Assembly: GCA_037379345.1 (NCBI GenBank)
Contig: CM074519.1
Span: forward strand, 14,734,742 to 14,798,741
Origin: Perna viridis
Taxonomy: Eukaryota
Length of the DNA: 64,000 nucleotides
Reading direction: 5' to 3'
Shown here: positions 54,393 to 64,000 of the stretch, one piece after another
Position numbering within the stretch: the first letter of the stretch is position 1
How the letters are laid out: each line of letters starts with the position of its first letter
Notes under the pieces: generated by a model
Databases searched by the model: none
Told to the model about the DNA's origin: nothing
The model's input: the letters and a program-made list of their open reading frames with translations, nothing else
Position numbers and translations under genes: made by a program

Positions 54393-55794
54393 AGGGGAAA
54401 AAAGATAATATGTGTGTTTCTGGTCACCCGACCGACCTTGAAATAATGGCACCAACCTGAAACATTTTTTCCCCCAAAAAAAGAAATTTTTAATATTTGG
54501 TACATTTTCTCTCCTTACGGTCTATTTACATCATGGTTATTTGTTGGATCTTAAAATGTAATTCCAAATGTGCTTTATAGAAGCAGACTTTATATGAGTA
54601 TTTTAAACCGGAAGAGCGATCCTGATTTACTCCTTACGATTTTTACCTCATTGCGCTGGTAAAGTCAAGAGAATCTCGAATATAAAAACCACGATGGCTT
54701 GCTGAACAGTGGCAAGCTCGGTCATCGCTATTAAAATAGCGAAATGCCATCACATGGACGCAAAAAACATATGATCATGCTTTCAAAATAAAATATTTTT
54801 GACTCTATCGATATGAAAGGCTAGAGTACCTGATAAGGATGTACGACCTTGGTCATCTTGACCTAAAAGATATCCGAAACACAAGGTGAACAGATAAAAA
54901 TATAAGTTCCTACTGACTAAATATAAAAAGAAAGGTAACTGCTACCTCTTATTTAATTGAACATTACAGAGGGAATAACATTTTTAAGGAAATCATGTGT
55001 AGAGAAAATTAATAAATAAAAACAGACAATCAACTTCAAAAACTTATTGGAAATATGCAGCAAATAGCCAACTAGAAATTCTGTTGAACCCAACGAGTGA
55101 AAATAAACATTATGAAACAATATGAGAATCAAAATAAACGTAAATATGTTGCAGTTCAATACTTAATCATAGGAGGGATAAGACCGATGTTAATCTTATT
55201 AAACAAATGCAAATCATGTTGAAAGGTATTGGCATTGAGTTCTGCTGGGATAGGAATATGGACACGTTTTGAATTTTGCTGGCATAGGAATATGGACACG
55301 TTTATTCTTAAAAAGATATACCATTTTATTGAAGATGATAAATAATATAATAGCTGAAAATTTACAATATGAATGGGAAAATTCAGTAAATTTAAAACAG
55401 GAAATTGATTTTTTATTGATATTATATAAAACACATAATTCTGATACAAAACTTCTAGTTTCAGCAACAGATCAAACTTAAACTTCATCTCAGAAAGTAT
55501 CTCGAGACATCTTGAGATGATTTTATGCTTCAAGAACTGTCTAAAACAAGGTGTTTGTCTTTAACTGAAGACTTTACTTAAACATATAAAATTGTATCAA
55601 GATGTCTTTGGACACTGCAGATCATTTGCTTTCCAAACATGAGGATCAGGGAACTTAAAGAAACATTATACAAGAAAAAAATGGGTTTTTTTTTTGTTTT
55701 TTTTTTTTTTGTAAAATAAAAACTTTTTCCGACCTACCTACCTGCAGTCAAAATTTTTAGGTGATAGGAAACACACATTATTTTTTTTTGGCCC
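54393..55794. mobile_element. ~1.4-kb non-autonomous DNA element with ~35-bp imperfect TIRs
   Basis: aaaaaagataatatgtgtgtttctggtcacc is mirrored by ggtgataggaaacacacattattttttttt. Confidence 0.55.
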
Positions 55795-55896
55795 AATGTA
55801 CCATAACTCGTACTGTCGTAGAACAGTGTAGAATATATATGTACATGTATTGTTACACAACACACATATCATTACACTATTATACACATAACTTAC

Positions 55897-56040
55897 CAAA
55901 TGATCTCATCTTATGCCCATAAAACTGACAAATCGTCGTGGAATTCGGGAATAAAATGTCACGAAATATGTGGTAGAGTATTTCTGTTTTTACGAAGAAA
56001 ATGGAATTCAAGGACGATAACCTTGATAGCATAAAACATT
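55897..56040 (-). other. Candidate non-coding 5' exon of SARM1
   Basis: The first coding exon has an acceptor 4 nt before its ATG, so an upstream exon is needed. A consensus donor TTG|GTAAGT is at 55891-55896. The 5' boundary is a guess. Confidence 0.3.
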
Positions 56041-56311
56041 GACTGGAACGGACTCTGTGACTTGACTTTTTATGAGCAACTCGGCGGGTGTTTCTAGAAA
56101 AGCAGAGGACGCTTACCCTACCGGTGCACCTGGTCCATGCTCCCAGTTGTTAGTGGAGTCCGAGTTGCTCATTTACTTTTGTTACTTTGTATGTATGATT
56201 TTAGTTACTTTATGTTCTTTGTTGTGTATGTCTGTTTTCCACGTCTGGTCTTTGTCCCTGGATTACATTCTTTTGATTACCGTTATAACCTTGGTTCCCT
56301 TGATTACTCTC
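56041..56311 (+). mobile_element. Solo tail of the Penelope-like element
   Basis: Near-identical to the reverse complement of 16055-16300; shares the KAEDAYPTGAPGPCSQ pseudo-ORF. Confidence 0.85.
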
Positions 56312-57536
56312 TCCCACAAATAGATGTAGCACATTTCGTGAGTTGTCGGGCTGCATATTTGATGGTAAAAGCAAGCCCCGTGTGATCAAACGAGAGTGAA
56401 CGTGTTATATAAGCAATTTCCATAATATGGGGTAAACATTGCTTAAATCAGCGAGCACCGTTAGTTTTACCATACGTGCACCGTCTGTGTGAGACCCGTA
56501 AAAAATAATAAAGGACTTCACAAAAGAGGGGGATCGACCCGGATGAAAATTTTTGCTTCGCAAGTGCAATATTTTTATTTTTATTTAAGCTACAAGCAAA
56601 ATCAATATTTCTATTTGAAAATCTGTCTTGTTAATGTTTTTTTTTTCAATAAATGAATAACTTGAATTTTTTTTCACCAAAAATTCCAAGCCCATACTCC
56701 TTTCCCCTGGCTCTCTAAATGGTCGATAACTTTATAGCACTTGGTAATACTTTACATTTTTTGTCCCTTAAGGGCATCTGTAGTAATATCCATTTCAGTT
56801 TTGGTCGGTCTGATCAATCTGTACAGATACCGGAAATATTACGTACAGTTCTTCACGGATGGTGGGAAAATTTCACACATATCATTTGACGTAAACAAAA
56901 CTCGGACGACAGCTGCAAATTCCAAACAAGAAAATGATTGCCTTTCCTATCTTAGAAAAGCTATTCTTCGATTTTGATAATATAATCGAAGTTATATTTT
57001 TTTCCGAGGCGGGTTAGGTTCTTGACAACAGCAACAGCGGGGACATACGCACGTTCATCCACGTGTTTCACGAACTTAAAAAAAATCATATTTACTTCTT
57101 TTAATTAGTAAAAAAAGTAAAGAAAGACTCAGAAATGATGAATTTAATTTTACTGAAACGTAATCTTTACCAACGTATTTTTATTTTTGTGGTTTAATGA
57201 AGCGATAAATTTTCTCCGTAAGGACAGTCACTTTTTGTTACTTCCGGGACATGACTTTTTTTCGTTAGTATATTGGAGAACCTTAAAGGAAATTTTTATA
57301 GTACATGTAATAACCGTAGAGCCCACACCGCTTCGCGGTGCTCGCTACTAATTTCACAAACGAATGGAATTGGCGGTGACTGCCTTAGTTACTAATAATG
57401 ATCAGCGGAAAATCAGGTTAGGGTGCAATTATAATTAAATGCCGAACACAATTGACTCAGCTAAGTCCCCAAATTATATTTGTTTTTGTTTATAAGGAAG
57501 ATTTTGAATTAAAAAAGTTCTTCAAAATTTTAGAAA

Positions 57537-57576
57537 GGCAGTGGCTGCTCGTCCACACACAAGTGACGAGGAGCCA
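57537..57576. mobile_element. Solo terminal fragment of the MULE TIR
   Basis: ggcagtggctgctcgtccac...gaggagcc matches the ends at 53227 and 54137. Confidence 0.65.
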
Positions 57577-58138
57577 TCAAACATATATCTATATGTAAAC
57601 CTCTATTTTCATATAAAATTAGTTTTAAAATCTAATGCTCATACAGTCTAATTACTGAATATTCATCTAAAAATTCCATAGATAAAAAGAGTTTTATTGG
57701 CAGTGTAGCGAACCAATAGAATTTTTAAATTGTCTTTAAAAAATGAAAAAGCTATGATGATTTAAAGTTGATACCCCATGCCACTCAATGGATTTTTTTG
57801 GACAACCAAAACCAAATCACAGGTAAGTGATGACTTCATGAAGAACTCTCCTGTTATTACTTTTTGTATATTTAGAGCCTGAAATGATAAATGATATCCA
57901 TTGAAAGCGGGCGTTAACAAAATCAAGGAGTAAATCCTTGACAAAATATAAGTACAGAAAATAGAAAATGTTATTGATGTAACATTCCGGAGATATTTGC
58001 TAATGTGCGTCATTGATAGAAATTTGAAAAATGGAAGTATTAGTTAATTAGACAAAAAACTAATAGCAGAACCATACTAGGAAGACCCTGAAAGGAAACG
58101 ATCGGCCACTTTTTGAAAAAGGCATTCAATGTATTTAA

Positions 58139-58390
58139 GGTAAATCATACCTAATATTTATAGCAGAAAATTTTTCCTAGTTATATAACTGACATTCTTT
58201 TATATTTCAAAAAGAAAATTAGGCGTCATCGAACTTTTTTTCTCGTTTTTATTCAAAAGCTAAAATTCTTGTATAAATTTATTAAATTTACATTTCCCGC
58301 CAATTACCTCCCCTTCAAAGAGGTTATATACAATTTATGCTCAAAATTTTGCCATACAATTTTTTATGCCAAAAAAGCTTTGAAAGTACC
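58139..58390. mobile_element. Possible TTAA-flanked (Kolobok-like) non-autonomous element
   Basis: TTAA|GGTA...TACC|TTAA. Confidence 0.4.
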
Positions 58391-58504
58391 TTAAACATAC
58401 TATTTTTACTCTATTCCCTACACTGCTTCATCGGATCAAATTGAAAGATAATATATGCATAGAAGGGTCTGAACAATTCCCAACGATGTTAGAACTGTCA
58501 ATTT

Positions 58505-58660
58505 TGCAAAGCATAGCGGTACGAGTTCGAGTCCCGCGGAGGGAAAGACCATAAATCTGCTTAGCAAATTTGCAGAATTTCCCGACTTGGGACAGGCACA
58601 AATCAAAGCACCGAAGGTGCTGAAACTCGGAAGTCGCTTGGCGTGCAACCTGCAAGATAG
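58505..58660 (+). mobile_element. tRNA-derived SINE-like fragment
   Basis: Pol III B-box-like gagttcgagtccc at ~58523 in a GC-richer patch; no full cloverleaf. Confidence 0.4.
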
Positions 58661-59806
58661 GTTGACGATGGTTATTTTTTAAACAATGTGCTAGAGAGCC
58701 AGTCATGACATGGACTAAGGTGTGAGAATGTTTTGGTGTTGAACCCATATTTCCCTTGCAACCTGCAGCAAAACAAGACAAAGATGTACACAGATATCGT
58801 GAAAATAAGATTAGTGCCTTTGTTTACGTTCTTAAGACCTGAGACTTCACGTTGGTTGTGATGTTTCTTGATAAAATGATTATGATTATAATACCATTCA
58901 AGGGGCATGGTTAAAATCCAATACCACCCAAAAAGAGATAACTCCAATTAAATCGTATTGGCTTTTAACTATCTTCTATGAAATTACTACGCGGCCAAGC
59001 GGCAAAAAAGTAGTTTGGTGTCTCGATTTACCAGTTCAACAATATTTAGCTGAAAATTAACACTTAAAATGCTTGAAATATCATTCATTCTGGATATCGG
59101 TGAAATATTTAAAGTTTAAAAGAGAATCACGCATTAATTTGAAGAAAGCATTTCCGTCCGTGAAGTTGTCTGCCGGAAGCCCTTTTGTCATTCTTATACT
59201 GACATTACTCGAAGCCACTCACGTGACTTCCGAGTGAAAAGTACTTTGGCGTGATTTAAAAATTGGCTACTGTGGAAAAAAAACTGTATACGTTTGTATA
59301 AGATGACAGAAACGAACGCTCCTTGCAAAAGGCATGATCTACATTAAATAGATATATCAATCAGATCGGGAAATAGTTCTTCTCTCTACTGGTATTTTTT
59401 TGCAAATATCCCTTCCTGATATGATAAATCTGTTCATAATTAAGCCCATCTACTTCTGTTCCAACTAATTTATGCAAACTTAGGCGAAAAACTACAATGA
59501 TGTTGTCTCCAGGATGTTTCTCTTTAAAAATTATAAATATGGAAAATTGTTATAAATGTAACTCAACATTATTCCTTCCAAGACATGTACACTAATGCAT
59601 CCGGTCCACGTGCAAGTTATGTATCAGTTTGAATATGTTTATATTCTGTGTACCATGTTCCTGATCAGTAAAACATCACTATTTATCTTGCAATAAGTTC
59701 ACAATGTTCATTCTCGACTAACATTTTTACGGTATTGCTAATAGCATCTGGGCTTCGATACAAAATGTTTTTTTTTAAATGAATTCAGTTTAGTTCAGGC
59801 GGGACC

Positions 59807-59950
59807 ATGATAGTAAGTGTAATAGTGTTAGTGATTTTGATTGTTATTTTGGTGTTAATAGTTACACGTAAGCACAAAAAACAGGAATACTTCCATGATA
59901 CTAGAGCTAACATCCGATATAGCTCATGTTTCACTATTCTTGTCGCATAG
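59807..59950 (+). CDS. Candidate 47-aa single-pass membrane peptide or transmembrane exon
   Basis: ACC-ATG context; MIVSVIVLVILIVILVLIVT then RKHKK; TAG at 59948-59950. An internal GTAAGC donor is at 59868. Confidence 0.3.
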   Translation: MIVSVIVLVILIVILVLIVTRKHKKQEYFHDTRANIRYSSCFTILVA

Positions 59951-61235
59951 TTATCATTGTGTCCATCTTATTTGGAAATCAAACCTACGATTATAATTCG
60001 AGAAGTTGTTACATATAATTCCCCTTTAAGAAATCTTAATGTTGAATGGTCAGGATTTGATGTAATGAAAAAAAACAACTTACAAAACAAAACCTAAGAA
60101 AAGTGTTTAGCAGGTAATTTGTACTTATTTGAAGATTAAACCATTATTAACCAACCCATTTGTGCATACATTCTCATTGCTCACCAAGGTTTGACATTCC
60201 CTTTAAAAGATAATGCCGGAAGTTCAACCCAATATTTAAATTTTTTTGTGGTTTGTTTTATATATATTTATGTTGTTGTGTAATTGTTTTGCTTATCATA
60301 TTTTATAATATTGTTTTGGTCTCAGTATCGTATTAATTTCCCAATAGATTTCTATAGTGAAGTGCATATTTTCAGGATTTTTTAAAAAAATATATGAATT
60401 GATTCAATGAAACTTTCACGTATGTAGCATTTCTAAGGACACGTGAAAAAATAATTTCCCGCAAAGAAAATATGGTGAGTTCACGAAGATCGCGCAGGAA
60501 AGTAGTCTTAAACTATAAGTAGCCATTTTCTCTACTTTCACATTCGTTTTGCACTCATTAAACCAACCTTTTCAGTAGAACATTTTTATGGTATTATGTT
60601 AGATTTTTTTAAAAAGAGTTTGTCATCTTATAGTGTGATGTTTGCTCTATTTTATAAGTCATTGTTCATATCTTTCGACAAAACATTAGTTTGTAGAGAA
60701 GCAAAAAGAAAATGCACAATATTTTTGTAGCATCCATGTTTTGACGTGCACCCGCTCAGGGATATGCTATGCGATACTGGTACCTTTTTAAGTTGCTAAT
60801 AGTGTTAGCGACTTCTTACACTCGTAATTTTTGTATTTAATATTCGCATATGATTTGCATTAATGTATAGTTATACGCCACATAATCCAGCAGATCTTCG
60901 CCGTATTCACCGCCACAGCGTTATAGTTCTAGATTCATACGAGATAAAAATGTACCTCTTAAATATCATACACGTGTGTTCTACGTGTGTTTCTAGCGTG
61001 AATGAGAACGGGAAGTTTAGTTAACGTTGAACATTACCCAATTTCCCATTCAGGCACTGAGGTTAGTCACTAGACTTTATAGGTCATATGCATTAGCGCG
61101 CCCCAATATTTATGAATAATCATTGCCAGCTGCTTAATCTGGTTCATACACGGGTTCCCTGTCAATATCATAAGCGACCCAAATATCGCTACAACGTACC
61201 TTTTTAAAAATATTTCATACACATGTCTATGCGTG

Positions 61236-61266
<31 letters not shown>

Positions 61267-61659
61267 TGTATTAGAACGGGAAGTTTACATTAAAAGATAA
61301 AATGATCGGTTAGCATTGAATTTATGTAATATTATCCAGTTTCCGATTTAAACACTGGCGTTCGTTACAATTGATTATATAAAGGTAATAAATATTATCA
61401 GTACACCGATATCTATAATATATAGCCATTCGGGTCATAATGGTTACGAAATAATACGCAATAATCTGAAGGGAACCAAGATTTTTGTAGAAGTCCCCCG
61501 ATTTTAGAGCATATCGCATTTGTACCATTACTGATATTTAAAGTATGCCAAAATCAGTGACAGTGAATATTTGACGATTAGCGATTCGAAGACTTCAGTC
61601 TTTGATTTTTTATTTACTGTTCTAAACCCCCATTTACATGCATGATTATACAAATATAA

Positions 61660-63420
61660 ATTGTTATTTTCGTTAATGTGGTCCTCGAAAGTTACTTGGT
61701 CGTCCACCACAACTCCAATACTTTTTTCTGTCGTTGTTGATTGTAATTTGGTGTTACAGAGACTATAATTGGCTGTTAGTGTTGAGAGTTTGCTGTCTAT
61801 TGAAACTTGGCACTTATCCGGATGGAATCTGAGTAGCCAATTATCAGACCATTTTTTTCTAGGTGCATATCGTTTTGGAGTATGGCATTATCATTTGGCG
61901 TTTTCATGTTTCTGAAGACTTTCGTGTCATTTGCGAACATGTAGCAGTCTGAAGCTAGTGCGTCTAGAAATTCGATGTAAATGACGAATAATATCGGGAC
62001 TAATATGCTATCTTTTGGGATGCTGCTTGTAACTGGTGTCCAATTGGAAAACTATTCATGACTCTTGTTTGCTGTTTACGATTACTTCGGAATGATTTTG
62101 TCCATCGTATAATATAATTTGAAATACATGTACCATAATAACAAGCGTCGGTGTGGTACTTTATCAAACGCTTTCACGAAGTTTAAATACAGGCATTCAG
62201 TGGTTTCCACCTCTGTCTAATACCTGGGTCCAATGCTCTAACACGTATAAAAGTTGTAGTGACGTTGACCGTCCTGAAATAAAACCGAACTGTTTATTAG
62301 AGAAAAAGGGGATTACTTCCATGTTATATGGTCTCTGACATAAGTTTAACGCTATGTACATAATATACAGGTGAGGCTCACTGGCCTGTTGTTCGAAGCA
62401 CTTTTTCTACTACCTACTTAGAATATAGCTGTCATACAACCCCAACCCTTCCATTCATCTGGCACTGTACATAAATTAATAGTTAAATGTTCTCTCAGTT
62501 CATCGCAAAAATGATGAAGGAGTCTCGGTTGAAGATTATATAGGCCCAGAGATGTGCTTATGTTCATGTCTTGTAGCCTTTATTCGCTCCTTTCATTGTT
62601 AAATGTCGAGGACAGGCATACATGTTTGTACTGCATTCTATAATTGGTCTTGATAACAATGGATAATCGTCATCGTTTTCCACAGTGAACACATTGAGGA
62701 AAATTTTCGACAGTGTATCGACCTTTAATTTCTTTGTCGTTGCTTGTTTATCTCTCTGTGTTATTTTCCTGATTCATCACAAGATCTATCTTAGTTTTTG
62801 AGTTTACGTAACACCAGAATTTGTTCGGATTTTTTAAAATATCTGTTGCTATTTCCTTTCTTTATTTTTGGCAGCATTTCTTATCAGGTTTTTAATTTGG
62901 TTTCTAGATTTACAGAATTATCGATATCTATCTGTATCTCATGTTTCTGAATATCTTGCCGAACATCGATTTTTTTACTTATAGTTTTCAGTGTCACATG
63001 TTTTCATTTTGTCATTTCGCTTTGGAACATATTTGTCCTAAATGTGTATTTTTTTTAAATAAAAACCATTGATTATATCTTTGCCTTCTAACTCGTCAGC
63101 CCAGTTGATTTCATGCCTGGAAAGTCAGCTTTTGTCGTAGTAATATTTTAATCTTTCGGTGTTTTCTTGCTGAATGTAACAATTTAAGTTTAAGGTTATT
63201 AATGAGTTACCATTCTTGTCTAGGGGGGTACAGTATTTAATGTCTGAATCCATACCCTCTTCGTTTGATAAAACTAGGTCTAGGATATGCGGCTCTTGAT
63301 CAATTCTAGCCCTCATCGGTTTCGTAATGTGCTGAAATGGGTAACAACAACAACCAAGTATTCCAATATATCCTCTCGAAATTTAAATCACCGATGACTA
63401 ATACGTGGCTATAGTTAGCT
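61660..63420 (-). mobile_element. Decayed CR1/L2-clade LINE ORF2 (endonuclease plus RT)
   Basis: Minus-strand fragments ILDLVLSNEEGM, PNKFWCYVNSKTK, RPVSLTCII, QFGFISGRSTSLQLL, KAFDKVPHRRL, MFANDTK and WLLRFHPDKC, with many stops. Confidence 0.88.
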
Positions 63421-64000
63421 CCACTTATCTCAGATAAGTGGAACTAACTAATTTTGCGATTGCTCATAAGTTGGTTTCCCGAATAGACTTTATGATCAGA
63501 ACTAAAGTGTTACAATCCAAAAACATCTTTCGCGTAACTGAAATTTAATAAATAAATCTAAATTCAGTATTTGAGGATATTTTTAAAATGTTTGTTTGTG
63601 TGCAATCATTTTATTTAACAGTCAAGTTTACTTTCTGTTCAGATGACTTTGTCAATTTGCATTTTTGTACCACATTGTTTTGTTTTACTTTTATTTCATC
63701 ATTCTTTTTCGTTTGTTAATTTGTTTAATTTTTGTCTTGTGCCGATTTGAAGTGTAGAAACGATATCGCAATGAAAACCACAAGAGAATATCATTAATGT
63801 TTATTCAACTTTCCTTTCAATGGTTCTAAATTACTAGTAACCTGATGATCGTGTAACCAGTTCATCTTTTGTCGGTTAAGGTAACTCCTAGTCAGTTTGG
63901 AATGGAATTCTGTGTGGTATTTTGCATGAGGAAGAGTATTGAAACGAAACCAATTCAAATCTTCAAGTTTATTTGTCTTAGTACGATTTTTCAAGAATTC

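Noticed and set aside
58505-58660. tRNA gene
   Set aside because: Only a B-box-like motif; no acceptor, D or anticodon stems found.

Overview
AT-rich, intron-rich animal genomic DNA. It is most likely from a bivalve; Mytilus-like is an inference from the repeat families and a C1q-domain gene. The main feature is a complete multi-exon SARM1 gene (ARM-SAM-SAM-TIR NADase) on the minus strand, CDS ~51106 to 23613, which I assembled exon by exon with phase-consistent GT-AG junctions. It has two duplicated alternative last exons (33031-33271 and 23613-23790). Both complete the TIR domain but add unrelated C-terminal tails, predicting 951 and 930 aa. A 52-bp minisatellite has copied the SAM2 exon splice donor six times, and any downstream copy would give a TIR-less protein. 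A MULE element with TIRs and a 9-bp TSD upstream carries a transposase-derived exon phase-compatible with the first SARM1 coding exon. A convergent C1q-domain gene (+, ~13483-15625) has an intact gC1q exon but a disrupted first exon. The rest is nested repeats: Helentron/HINE-like elements, MITEs, Penelope-, RTE- and CR1-like fragments, SINEs, minisatellites and a near-perfect 59-bp-arm hairpin. All calls are by eye, without database searches.
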